Source: a virus (Duplodnaviria; Heunggongvirae; Uroviricota; Caudoviricetes). Taken from it: a stretch of 64,000 bases of DNA. Below, in pieces: positions 26,552 to 35,868 of the stretch (position 1 is its first letter; each line of letters opens with the position of its first letter). The DNA is taken from the IMG/VR virus record IMGVR_UViG_3300034156_000107; one strand, written 5' to 3'. The position numbers and the translations under genes are program-made. The notes under the pieces were generated by a model, which saw only the letters and a program-made list of their open reading frames with translations, had not been told where the DNA came from and did not search any database.

Positions 26552-27790
26552 TTGAAAATTACAACAATGATTGATGACATAGAAAAAATTCTAGAAGAAT
26601 CATCAGAACGGCTAAATTTAAAGCAGATTAACACTAAAGAACAACCGTGCAAGGCTGATGCTGATAATCAATTTTCTTTTAGTTCGATGGGACTTAATGA
26701 TAAAATTAAAATATATTTAATTGCCCATAAAGATGTTAGTGTTGTCTATGATTTCTTAAAACTGTCACATAAGACAATTAAAAACATCGAAAAAGCTCGA
26801 AATTTCATTGCAAATATTATTCCAGAAGAAACATCAGTTCAGCATATTATTAACAAAATACAAATTCATACTGATGACAAAATTGAACTCTCTATCATTG
26901 GTTGTGGGTGTACAAGTTTTAGAGTGCTTCTTCGTGATGGCTTGGTATCATTTTCTATATCACACGTCAGCAATTCATATAGCAAGGAAACCTATAATTT
27001 TGAAAACTATGATGATTTTGATGATTTAGTTAATACAGCCGTTAATAAAATCATTCCGTCTTTTATTGAAACCATAGGATTTTCATCAGGAGACAAAAAC
27101 TCACCAGACGTTGTAGATTTTATTGAAAAAACAGCCGAACAAATGTTTTTTGAAAAAGAGTTAAACCCACTTTTCAATTATATTAAGCCAAATGAGCTGG
27201 TTCATTTAGTTTGTTCTGATTTAAATTTAAATTTGAATGATGTCATGCAGTCATTAAACTACAAAGAAAATGACTCTATGAAAAGTCTTAATATTCCTAA
27301 TAATTTAACAACTATGATATCTTCTATTGCTCAACATCTGGTTAATATTGATGGCATTAAATATAAATTTGATCAACTCATTAGCCTTATCATTCTTTAT
27401 AATAATATTACTAATAAAAAAGAAAAATTTTCAGTTACTTTTTATCCAGTGCAAAAGAAAGATTTCTTTAAAGGTAATTCTTTTAATCGGTCTTACTATG
27501 TACTTAATATCAGTGAAACATTAACAATTTACATTGGTCATAAACTAGGTGATGGTAAAAAAGATGACATAGCTTATTTAGATGATAGTGATGATTTTAA
27601 ATTGTTCTCATTTGTTTATTTAAAAGACTTAATGAATTATGACTACTATGAATACTTAACTAACGATATTGATTATGTTTACAATGCTATTTTAACAGAT
27701 CTTCGGTCTATTATTAAAAAGGTTCTCTGCAAAGAGGATGACACTATTAGTTTCCGAGATCTTGAAGTTTATAAAATGGCTGTATTTTAA
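26552..27790 (+). CDS. hypothetical protein (about 410 aa), AT-rich
   Basis: Long ORF after promoter gatattatag. TTG start at 26552 with RBS gagg, or ATG at 26567. Confidence 0.7.
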   Translation: MKITTMIDDIEKILEESSERLNLKQINTKEQPCKADADNQFSFSSMGLNDKIKIYLIAHKDVSVVYDFLKLSHKTIKNIEKARNFIANIIPEETSVQHIINKIQIHTDDKIELSIIGCGCTSFRVLLRDGLVSFSISHVSNSYSKETYNFENYDDFDDLVNTAVNKIIPSFIETIGFSSGDKNSPDVVDFIEKTAEQMFFEKELNPLFNYIKPNELVHLVCSDLNLNLNDVMQSLNYKENDSMKSLNIPNNLTTMISSIAQHLVNIDGIKYKFDQLISLIILYNNITNKKEKFSVTFYPVQKKDFFKGNSFNRSYYVLNISETLTIYIGHKLGDGKKDDIAYLDDSDDFKLFSFVYLKDLMNYDYYEYLTNDIDYVYNAILTDLRSIIKKVLCKEDDTISFRDLEVYKMAVF

Positions 27791-27900
27791 AAATTAATAA
27801 CATTTATTCTACCATTACATCTAGACACCTTGATGTCTACAAGAGGCTTGTGGTATAATTCTCAATCTATTATTTATCTTAATTTTGACGTGAGGCGATA

Positions 27901-29124
27901 ATGAACATTAGTGAAAAAATCAATGAATTGGAAATCAATATTAAATCATTTATTGCGGAAAATAATCTTCCTGTTTTAATTCCAAATAATAATTATCGCA
28001 TTTCTTTGGATGGCGAAAATCAATGCGTTTTTGCTCAGAGTGGTAATTCACATCTTTATTTGATTGCACATGAAGATGTTCAAATCATGGAAGATTTTCT
28101 TAACTTAAGCCCTAATACAGTTAACAAGATAAATAAAATTCGGGCTTTTATTCGTGATATGTATGATGACACCAATAATTTCAAACATAAACGGTTGAAA
28201 GTTAAAATTGATCCAGATCAAAGTGTTGAGTTTTCGATTATCGGCCTTGGACTTGGTGGTCTTAGAATTGAATTAAAAGCCACTGAGCTTGTTGTTTCTT
28301 GGATTTATGGCGATAACGTTAGCGTCATTTATTCTCTCGATGATGACATTGAACAGAAAGTAAATGAAGCATTGGATCTTGTTATACCAACAATATTAAC
28401 TAAGCTTGGATTTTTGAAATGCTCAGAACACTCAGAAGAAGTTATTGATTTTATGAATAAATCTACTGATGATTTAATTGTTGAACATTTTTCAAAATTT
28501 GGATTTGATTATATTCATCAAAATGAATTGATTGCAAATGCATGTTCATCGACCAAAATTAGTTTGGATGACCTTAACAACTATAATAAAAAAAATGAAA
28601 AACCTAATCTTATTAAAATACCCCATATGATGATGTCTATTTTACCAAAAATCATGAGTAATATTTCATCAGATATTTCAGTGCATTCAAAATTTAAACA
28701 ACTCCTTAGTCTTATTTATTTTTACGACTATTTAAAACCAACAAACTCAGAAGCTCTCTTGATTTTTAAAGAATATTCAAAATTTGATTTAGCCCCATCA
28801 GCTAGTTTTCAATCTGGATATTTCACTCTTTTAATGGGTGGTCTTCTTAGACTTGATGTAGGGCACCAATTAAAACCAGATCCAGATGATGAAGAACATC
28901 TATTTGATAGCCCAAGTGAAAATGGTTATGCCTATATGTTTGAAATTTATCTTTATGATGTAGAAGCACCTGATGCTTTTTACAAATACTTTTGTAATGA
29001 CCTTGATTATATTTACAATGTTATATTGACTAAAGTTAGAAACTTAATTAATTCAGCTATCTTAAATGTCGATGAGCCACTTACAGCCAGACAAATTGAA
29101 GTTTTTAAAATGGCGACTGTTTAA
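27901..29124 (+). CDS. hypothetical protein, tandem paralogue of 26552..27790
   Basis: Shared architecture and C-terminal ...DLDY(V/I)YN(A/V)ILT...(E/Q)(V/I)(Y/F)KMA. RBS gagg. Confidence 0.75.
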   Translation: MNISEKINELEINIKSFIAENNLPVLIPNNNYRISLDGENQCVFAQSGNSHLYLIAHEDVQIMEDFLNLSPNTVNKINKIRAFIRDMYDDTNNFKHKRLKVKIDPDQSVEFSIIGLGLGGLRIELKATELVVSWIYGDNVSVIYSLDDDIEQKVNEALDLVIPTILTKLGFLKCSEHSEEVIDFMNKSTDDLIVEHFSKFGFDYIHQNELIANACSSTKISLDDLNNYNKKNEKPNLIKIPHMMMSILPKIMSNISSDISVHSKFKQLLSLIYFYDYLKPTNSEALLIFKEYSKFDLAPSASFQSGYFTLLMGGLLRLDVGHQLKPDPDDEEHLFDSPSENGYAYMFEIYLYDVEAPDAFYKYFCNDLDYIYNVILTKVRNLINSAILNVDEPLTARQIEVFKMATV

Positions 29125-29137
29125 CTGTTAACAAAAT

Positions 29138-29179
29138 AACCAATCACAATTGTATTTTTTTGATTGTGATTGGTTTTCA
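29138..29179 (+). terminator. long hairpin terminator
   Basis: aaccaatcacaat-tgtattttttt-gattgtgattggtt, then TTTT. Confidence 0.55.
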
Positions 29180-29220
29180 TTGATTGTATAATCATGGTTC
29201 AAATCAAAAGGATTACAGAA

Positions 29221-29529
29221 ATGGCTGCTATTATTCGTCACTTGTTTGCAAATGAAGAAATGACTTGGCGAGCAAAATCGGTTTTTGGTGACATCGTTGA
29301 AGAAGCCTACCTTTGTTTCAACAAAGAAGATGATGGCGATAATTCTGTTTTTGAAGGCTATAATGATAAGCTGACACTCTCATTAGAAAACACACAACTT
29401 CTTCGTAATTGCCTCGATTCCGAGAAACCCATTGCTATCAAGTTCAAGAATGGTCGTATTGTTGAAATGGCTTCTCATGACATGTTGATGCTTGAACGTA
29501 TTGACCAAGAGCCTTTGCTGGTGGTTTGA
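29221..29529 (+). CDS. hypothetical protein
   Basis: Promoter gattgtataat overlaps the track start at 29170, so the start was moved to ATG 29221 (RBS aaaagga). Confidence 0.65.
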   Translation: MAAIIRHLFANEEMTWRAKSVFGDIVEEAYLCFNKEDDGDNSVFEGYNDKLTLSLENTQLLRNCLDSEKPIAIKFKNGRIVEMASHDMLMLERIDQEPLLVV

Positions 29530-29564
29530 TCTTTCTCTCAATGATGTATGTAGGCAATTTTTTT

Positions 29565-29594
29565 GTTTACATACGTTGTTTTTTACGCTATACT
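29565..29594 (+). promoter_or_regulatory. T4-early-type promoter GTTTAC-N17-TATACT
   Basis: gtttacatacgttgttttttacgcTATACT. Confidence 0.5.
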
Positions 29595-29599
29595 ACCTG

Positions 29600-29860
29600 T
29601 GAATTTTAGCACTTCTGCGAAAACTTATTGAGAAGTAATTTTTCGCAGTGGTGGCGGAATTCCACCTCGTTGGCAGAGGACTAATGTGAAGGGAGTTGGG
29701 GGCAGAACCCAATGAAATGTCACAAGGACAATACACCTTGTGTAACTCTAATGAGACAAATTGCCTTGGCGACCCGCCAGTTAAACGCACCTGCGGAATC
29801 AGGTCGAGGGGTTGAAAATTATTAACAATCGTTGTCCTTGGATAGTGATTGTGTTATACT
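29600..29860 (+). promoter_or_regulatory. long structured 5' leader or ncRNA upstream of the EF-hand gene
   Basis: About 260 nt without an ORF, containing three hairpins: 9-bp ctgcgaaaa/ttttcgcag, ggtgg-cggaatt-ccacc and cacaagg-acaataca-ccttgtg. A second promoter tgttatact follows at about 29853. The same region carries an annotated antisense ORF (29593..29790 -). Confidence 0.35.
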
Positions 29861-29891
29861 ACATTACATTCAAAAAGTGGAGTATTCAAAC

Positions 29892-30206
29892 ATGTCTCAG
29901 TTGACCGAAATTGCAGAATTAGAAGACAAATCTGCATTGTCTTCATTGTTGTCGCAACCCGGTGTCTTAATTGATATTGATCGGTCAGGCAGTATCACAG
30001 CCGAGGAAATGGAATCTTTTCTCAATGAACTATCAATGATTACTGCAGCTTCTGAAAAGAAAGATCGTTGGTTGAACTTTAGTCACAAACTCCGTAACAA
30101 AGGCAAAGAAATGAAACCTCGTGTTTGTAGTAAGCGAAACGAGATCCGTTTTAAGCTGACCGAAATTAATCCTAAATATGAGTTTATGTTTACGGATGGA
30201 GAATGA
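29892..30206 (+). CDS. EF-hand calcium-binding protein
   Basis: Canonical 12-residue EF loop DIDRSGSITAEE (DxDxSGxIxxxE) flanked by helices. RBS aaagtggag. Confidence 0.6.
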   Translation: MSQLTEIAELEDKSALSSLLSQPGVLIDIDRSGSITAEEMESFLNELSMITAASEKKDRWLNFSHKLRNKGKEMKPRVCSKRNEIRFKLTEINPKYEFMFTDGE

Positions 30207-30218
30207 ACTATAAGTTAT

Positions 30219-30248
30219 AAAAAAAACCAGCTACTGCTGGTTTTTTAT
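30219..30248. terminator. bidirectional intrinsic terminator
   Basis: aaaaaaccagctactgctggtttttt with A/T runs on both sides, between convergent genes. Confidence 0.65.
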
Positions 30249-30257
30249 TGTCTTTAC

Positions 30258-30773
30258 TTATTTCAATTCATCATATGTTTTATTAATTAGTAATGTTGAC
30301 GGCCCATATGAACATGATATTTCATATACTTTATCATAAAATGCAGGTCTTACTACAAGATGCATATCTCTTGTTGCATCTGCTGAAAATGTTCCTATGT
30401 TTTCTGCTGTCAAAAATTGAGTGTAATAAGTTCCATTATTTAGATGGACATCAATTAAAATAACTTGACTATATCTTGAAGACTTGTCTGCAAGCTCAGC
30501 AGATGTAGAAAACCCGCCATCAGTTTTGTATCCAATGTTGTAATATATAATATCTGGATACTTCGATATCGTTGGATAACCATTCATCAACTCAGGTGTA
30601 GAGAAGTTTTCAGGACACTCTTCCGGTTCAGCAGGTGGAGTAGGTTCTGTACTTCCGCTATCTTTATCAATAAATGAAATGGGTTCAGGCAGTTTGAAAT
30701 AATAACTATATTCAGCAAATGAACTTAATGGTAATAATGTTAGTAGTGCAACAGTAAATTTTATTAATCTCAT
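30258..30773 (-). CDS. secreted protein of the signal-peptide family (Pro-rich linker)
   Basis: Signal peptide MRLIKFTVALLTLLPLSSFA, then the family N-terminal motif EYSYYFKLPEPISFIDKD and linker TPPAEPEECPE. Confidence 0.7.
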   Translation of the reverse strand: MRLIKFTVALLTLLPLSSFAEYSYYFKLPEPISFIDKDSGSTEPTPPAEPEECPENFSTPELMNGYPTISKYPDIIYYNIGYKTDGGFSTSAELADKSSRYSQVILIDVHLNNGTYYTQFLTAENIGTFSADATRDMHLVVRPAFYDKVYEISCSYGPSTLLINKTYDELK

Positions 30774-30837
30774 AATATTCTAATTGTTTTATATTATTTT
30801 ATATATCAAAAATATTAAGTCAATTTCATTAGATAAT

Positions 30838-30866
30838 AAAAAACCAGCATTAGCTGGTTTTTTATC
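30838..30866. terminator. bidirectional intrinsic terminator
   Basis: aaaaccagcattagctggtttttt. Confidence 0.6.
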
Positions 30867-30874
30867 TACTTATT

Positions 30875-31909
30875 TTAGTTTTTTGATTTTACATAAATTT
30901 CTTTCAAGCTGCTCACATCAAAGTGTGGAGCGGTTGCATAAGAGAAGCTTGGACAAATTCTATTTGGTCCAACTATTCCATTACCACCACAAGGACCACC
31001 CGCACCATACACAGGCCACAATCCGAATGTGTCTGTCATATCAGTAGCTCTCTGACCCGGCCAACCAGCCGCTTCTGGATAGAGTGTTTTCGATCCGATA
31101 GATGTATTGACTGAGAAACCACCTGCAATGTTTTGCCCCTTGTTAAAGGTGCTGAATGTCTGCCATGTACCAAACATACTAGTCCATGTTGCGTTAGCAT
31201 TCTTAACCATCATCGCAGAACTTATATTCGTAGAACCACTTGGTATTACTGGATACGCTGTTGTATCGTTTGAATAACTGAGTATTTTACCCGTTTTCAT
31301 TGCCACATCTTGGAAGTTACGCTTAGCAGATCCAGCCGGTAATTGTGTCCAACGACCCACCAATATCCAGTTCCCTCCAGCAGTATTCATATCAACATAA
31401 GCTTTAGCTTTGTTTCCTAAACCATCAGTAATGTCATAAATACCACTTTGACCTGCCACTGGGTTCATGATCATTAGATAACTTGTAGATGTTCCTACAG
31501 CATTCTTGGTATTCGTTAAGTTGCTCAATTCTTTACCAGATGCTTCATCGTTATACGCAACACCTTTATCACGAATTTCACCTGTTACAGCATTTTTTTC
31601 TTGTTTGATATAACTTTCATATTTCATACCCTTACAGTTTGTTGCTGTCTGAGTGTAGGTTGTATTAATCAACTCATCGGCTGGCAATGGTGCCCAGTTT
31701 GTGCATCCGTATCTATATAATGGATCTTCTTTTGGTAAATCAACTAAACCTAATGACTTTGGAGTGATTTCTAACCACTCAACTGGTTTGAATTTTACTT
31801 CAACAGTCCCCATTATTACTTCATATTTTGCATATGATAGTCCGCAAAAAAGAGCAATTGACGCCATTGATAATATTTTTATGTTTTTATTAGTTGTCTT
31901 CATATTCAT
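30875..31909 (-). CDS. secreted protein with one TQTATNC repeat unit and a fibrinogen-C-like (FReD) domain
   Basis: Signal peptide. CTNWAPLP...YTQTATNC. SGIYDI...AYVDMNTAGGNWILVGRW matches the fibrinogen-C hallmark SGVYxI...VYCDMxTDGGGWTVIQRR. Gly/Asn-rich C-terminal part. Confidence 0.7.
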   Translation of the reverse strand: MNMKTTNKNIKILSMASIALFCGLSYAKYEVIMGTVEVKFKPVEWLEITPKSLGLVDLPKEDPLYRYGCTNWAPLPADELINTTYTQTATNCKGMKYESYIKQEKNAVTGEIRDKGVAYNDEASGKELSNLTNTKNAVGTSTSYLMIMNPVAGQSGIYDITDGLGNKAKAYVDMNTAGGNWILVGRWTQLPAGSAKRNFQDVAMKTGKILSYSNDTTAYPVIPSGSTNISSAMMVKNANATWTSMFGTWQTFSTFNKGQNIAGGFSVNTSIGSKTLYPEAAGWPGQRATDMTDTFGLWPVYGAGGPCGGNGIVGPNRICPSFSYATAPHFDVSSLKEIYVKSKN

Positions 31910-32027
31910 ACTTTGTTCTTATTATTTTAAGTATTATAATATTTTTATTGTATATTTCAAGTCTTATATAAAAATAAAAGACCTTATGGCCGTTTTATTT
32001 TTTTAATGGTAAATCCTCTCTTATCTC

Positions 32028-32735
32028 TTAAATAGCTATTCGACAGACTTGATAAGTTGATTGCTCTGCATTAACAAGTGGTCCCATATAATATCTGTAT
32101 CCACCAGAAACTACAGATGTAAGGTTTGTATGAACAGGGTTGTCAAAAACTGTTACACCTTTCCAATAAATTGCGGTACCCCATCCATATCCAAAATAAT
32201 TGTCATATCCTAAATAATAATAAGAATTATTACTATAATCACTATAATTGTGCCATTTATAGTCACATTCTGGTTGAGCTTTTGTTCCTGTATTTGTTCT
32301 GCTTGATGATACAACAATGATTTGATCTTCTGTGGATTGTATTCCCTTGTATCTAATAGCTTTCGTTGTTGATTCTTGTTCTCGTTCCTGTATTGAACGT
32401 GTTTGTGATTGCTGACAATTTGTAGCTGTTTGATTGAAGGATTCTCCCAAATTTACAGTAGATGGTTCAGGTGACCAATTATTACAACCAGTAATTGCTC
32501 CACTATCAATCCATTCGCTATATTCTGGGCTGATTACCAACCAATTTTCAGACGGTGTTTCTGGAATTGTTGGTATCTCTGGATCTGTTGGTGCTTCAGT
32601 GGTTGGTTTAAATTGAATAGATCCTGTTTGTATGTGTCCACCATTATTAGATTCAAGTGGAAAATTTAACATATATCCAGCTTGAATTATGTTTATTGAT
32701 AGTGCTGCTAATGACGCAACTATTATTCTTTTCAT
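32028..32735 (-). CDS. secreted modular protein (Pro/Thr linker, one repeat unit, C-terminal Y-rich YxVCR domain)
   Basis: Signal peptide MKRIIVASLAALSINIIQA. Linker PTDPEIPTIPETP. Repeat CNNWSPEPSTV...NQTATNCQQSQTRSIQEREQESTT. C-terminus GGYRYYMG...YQVCRIAI. Confidence 0.75.
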   Translation of the reverse strand: MKRIIVASLAALSINIIQAGYMLNFPLESNNGGHIQTGSIQFKPTTEAPTDPEIPTIPETPSENWLVISPEYSEWIDSGAITGCNNWSPEPSTVNLGESFNQTATNCQQSQTRSIQEREQESTTKAIRYKGIQSTEDQIIVVSSSRTNTGTKAQPECDYKWHNYSDYSNNSYYYLGYDNYFGYGWGTAIYWKGVTVFDNPVHTNLTSVVSGGYRYYMGPLVNAEQSTYQVCRIAI

Positions 32736-32917
32736 ATATTGTTATTAGTTTGTTATATATTATAGTATCATACAATAACATATTTAAAACCATTATGTCT
32801 TGATTTAATAAATTGTATACATTTTAATTATATGTTTTCATGAATGAATTTTTATTGCTTATTTTTCTATTTCCTGTATAATATGCAATTATTAATTCAA
32901 ATACAGGACACAGCAAA

Positions 32918-33184
32918 ATGCCCCGCACATCAGAAGACGCTTTTCAAAACAGTCAACACTACAGCATTTGCGACAATACCGGTTTTGTTGAAGCTAACGC
33001 TAGCTTCATTTACCGTGGACACTTGATTTCCTTCTCGACTATCGGGTATAATAAACCCATTCAGCAGAACCATGTTTTGGTTATCGGTAGCAATGGTAAC
33101 AGCGACATTATTAAAGAATTCGATAGCGTCGAGTCGGCCATCGTCAACATCAATAACTGGTTGAGCAACCATAATCCGAGCTAA
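32918..33184 (+). CDS. hypothetical protein
   Basis: Promoter cctgtataat; 88 aa. Confidence 0.6.
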   Translation: MPRTSEDAFQNSQHYSICDNTGFVEANASFIYRGHLISFSTIGYNKPIQQNHVLVIGSNGNSDIIKEFDSVESAIVNINNWLSNHNPS

Positions 33185-33213
33185 TCAGTAATCATTTTCT
33201 TAGGAGACTTATC

Positions 33214-33975
33214 ATGCTTCGTAACGTAACCATTCAGGGCAGATACATTGAAGGCACTTGGCTGCTTTTGGAATCATTCAATGAGTTGACTGAATACATG
33301 GAGTTCACTTCGGGCCGTGTGGTTCAGCAAATCACCCGCCTGTTGAGAAGCAAGGTCAGCCCTGAACGTTGGGATCACATGATTACTCGCACACCAGAAG
33401 GCAGTATATTGGCGGCTTCCATCATCTATTGCCAAGCCCACGGCAAAAGCCCATTGATTGAAATGGATGGAATCATTCAGCAAAAGTTTTTGAACATGGC
33501 TAATAATATTTCCCAAGGCAAAAAGCTTCTGGTTAACCCGTTGGGTGGTTATTGCTACATGACAGACGACATTTCCATTCTGTCGGAAGAAGCCTTTGAA
33601 ACAGGCTTTCAGTTGACTTACACCATCAATGAAAACACTCAATACATCAATCTGGAAAATGATCCAGAACTTGAAGAACGCACACGTCAGTATTTGGGTG
33701 AACGAGATCCGAATTACTCCTACATCTTGAACCTTCACAAGTTCAGTAAAGACGATTTGATCAAGGTGTTCACCGAATTCAAAGAAAATGGCGGTTCGAT
33801 TGTTCATGTGTACACCACAGGCACCAACGTGCCACAGATGTATGAATGCTTTGACGCAGCCAAAGAAGCTGGCTTGAATGACTTTGTTTTTGAATTCAAT
33901 GCTGGAACTGAAAACGGTATTGCAGAGTTCATCAGTCATATCAAACCTTTGTGCAATCTTACTTTGGTAGTGTGA
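33214..33975 (+). CDS. hypothetical protein
   Basis: RBS taggag; terminator at 33986-34010. Confidence 0.75.
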   Translation: MLRNVTIQGRYIEGTWLLLESFNELTEYMEFTSGRVVQQITRLLRSKVSPERWDHMITRTPEGSILAASIIYCQAHGKSPLIEMDGIIQQKFLNMANNISQGKKLLVNPLGGYCYMTDDISILSEEAFETGFQLTYTINENTQYINLENDPELEERTRQYLGERDPNYSYILNLHKFSKDDLIKVFTEFKENGGSIVHVYTTGTNVPQMYECFDAAKEAGLNDFVFEFNAGTENGIAEFISHIKPLCNLTLVV

Positions 33976-34034
33976 TAACGGAAAAATAACCCCTTCCTTG
34001 GGGTTTTATTAAATTCAATTAGGAGTGACAGATA

Positions 34035-34622
34035 ATGACTATGACCGCTATTGAACTTCGCAAAGACCTCCTTATTTGGGTGGATCTTGAAACGACTGGC
34101 TTGGATATTGCTGACAAGTTGTCGGGTGCTCAGTGTCATAAAATCCTTGAAGTCGGTATTCATATTACCGATTCGAAATTCAATATCATTGATGAAGGCT
34201 TTGAAGTGGTTATTCATCATGACGTTGAAGAAGCCAAAGCACTGGCAAATGATTACGTTCGCAATATGCACATCACCAGTGGCTTGTGGGATCGTGTTGA
34301 CGCATCGCCTGTTTCGTTGGCCGAAGCAGAAAAAATGATTTTGGCTTATATCGCTCAATTCAACATCGCTCCGGGTTCCAGTCCAATTTGTGGTAACAGT
34401 GTTTCGCTGGATCGCAACTTTATCATGGCCCAAATGTCAACCTTTGCGAGCATCCTGCATTACCGCATCATTGACGTAAGCACTCTTAAAGAAATCGTGT
34501 GGCGTGTGAAACCAGAAGTGGGTATGATGGTTAAAAAGCAAGAAAAACATCGTGGACTTGAAGACATTAAAGAGTCCATTGCGGAATATAAAATTTATGA
34601 AGAGTTCTTTTTTGTAAAATAA
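34035..34622 (+). CDS. dexA: DEDDh 3'-5' exonuclease of the oligoribonuclease / T4 DexA family
   Basis: LIWVDLETTGLD...ILEVG...HITSGL...SPICGNSVSLDRNFI...HYRIIDVSTLKEIVWR...HRGLEDIKESIAEY aligns motif by motif with E. coli Orn (LIWIDLEMTGLD...SPICGNSIGQDRRFL...HYRYLDVSTLKELARR...HQAMDDIRESVAEL). RBS aggagt. Confidence 0.85.
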   Translation: MTMTAIELRKDLLIWVDLETTGLDIADKLSGAQCHKILEVGIHITDSKFNIIDEGFEVVIHHDVEEAKALANDYVRNMHITSGLWDRVDASPVSLAEAEKMILAYIAQFNIAPGSSPICGNSVSLDRNFIMAQMSTFASILHYRIIDVSTLKEIVWRVKPEVGMMVKKQEKHRGLEDIKESIAEYKIYEEFFFVK

Positions 34623-34654
34623 CATAGAATTGTTTAAACTCTACAATACACCTT

Positions 34655-34677
34655 AAAACCTCTTCGGAGGTTTTTTC
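34655..34677 (+). terminator. intrinsic terminator
   Basis: aaacctcttcggaggtttttt. Confidence 0.75.
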
Positions 34678-34755
34678 TATTCAGATGAATTAAATCCTTT
34701 TTTTTTGAAACCATTTTGTGTTATACTCATTTCATAATTTAAAGAGGCTTTACCC

Positions 34756-35208
34756 ATGAAAGAACATCAAAACCTGATTACTGCTACCAACGTCTATGCT
34801 TGCATTGTAAACGTCAACAAACTGAAACGAGCATTGGAAGAAAGCCCCGAAGGCTTTATTGAACGCTTGACTTCTTTGCTGCCAGATACGGGTGAAGACT
34901 TGATTAAGGCTGATCTGGAAGAAGTGTCTGAAGCCTATATCTCTGACCCTTGCAAAGAACATCTGCAAAACCTGATGGAATTCATCATGGAAATTGACCA
35001 TGTAATCATTTTTGATAAAGTGGCTCTTGAAACCACTGAACTCAACAAACTGGCTCAGTATGCTGCAGATACTTTTCTGGATGATGACTATCCACGAGAA
35101 ACTGAACTGAGCACTTCACGGGTTAATCAGCAAATGAAGGGCAATGAAGCTGCAATTAAAGCGGCTACTGCTGCCTTTGAGAAATCCCTTCGTGAAAAGT
35201 TCATGTAA
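34756..35208 (+). CDS. hypothetical acidic protein
   Basis: Promoter tgtgttatact; terminator at 35226-35251. Confidence 0.7.
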   Translation: MKEHQNLITATNVYACIVNVNKLKRALEESPEGFIERLTSLLPDTGEDLIKADLEEVSEAYISDPCKEHLQNLMEFIMEIDHVIIFDKVALETTELNKLAQYAADTFLDDDYPRETELSTSRVNQQMKGNEAAIKAATAAFEKSLREKFM

Positions 35209-35318
35209 ATAAATCATCAATGAAAAAAAGGTCACTTCGGTGGCCTTTTTGTTTCTTAAAAATGTTGTTTTTAATGATGGCTTTTGGTATAATAGCTTAT
35301 CAACTCGATAGGTGACTT

Positions 35319-35609
35319 ATGAGCCAAGTATACGAATTTCCACTGTTGACCGAATCTGAATACAACGCAATGTGCATCCTGCGTCAACAACAGTCCATCT
35401 CTATCGACAAGATTGAGGACAAATCGTATGTTGATTGCATGAACACCATCATTCCCGGTCGGAGTATTTTCAACAAACTGATTAAGAAAGATCTTTGTTA
35501 TGAAACCATTGAAGACCCGATGCCAGATGGCACCGAATTTACACCGTCTATTGACTTGACTGATAAAGGTGTGGCAATGTGCCATGAGCTTGAAAAATAC
35601 ATGAAATAG
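35319..35609 (+). CDS. hypothetical protein
   Basis: Promoter tttggtataat; 96 aa. Confidence 0.65.
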   Translation: MSQVYEFPLLTESEYNAMCILRQQQSISIDKIEDKSYVDCMNTIIPGRSIFNKLIKKDLCYETIEDPMPDGTEFTPSIDLTDKGVAMCHELEKYMK

Positions 35610-35718
35610 TGGAATATTTTTCACTTTTAAAAAGTTTTTAAAAAATATCATTTTTGCTATTTACTTAATGTGTTTTTTGTTGTATAATAAAAGTCTAATA
35701 AACAAAGGTATTTATATT

Positions 35719-35850
35719 ATGCAAGGTTCATTTGGTGACGCAACAGAACGTTTCCGTGGTGGCAAAAAACGTGACACAGAAAAAGCAAAAACTCATGAGC
35801 AAGACAAAAACTGGCGAAAGAAGCGTCGTGATCGTCACGTTAACGAATAA
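35719..35850 (+). CDS. small basic protein (43 aa)
   Basis: Promoter ttgttgtataat overlaps the track start, so the start was moved to ATG 35719 (MQGSFGDATERFRGGKKRD...). Confidence 0.45.
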   Translation: MQGSFGDATERFRGGKKRDTEKAKTHEQDKNWRKKRRDRHVNE

Positions 35851-35868
35851 CGAATTTTACAATTTTGG

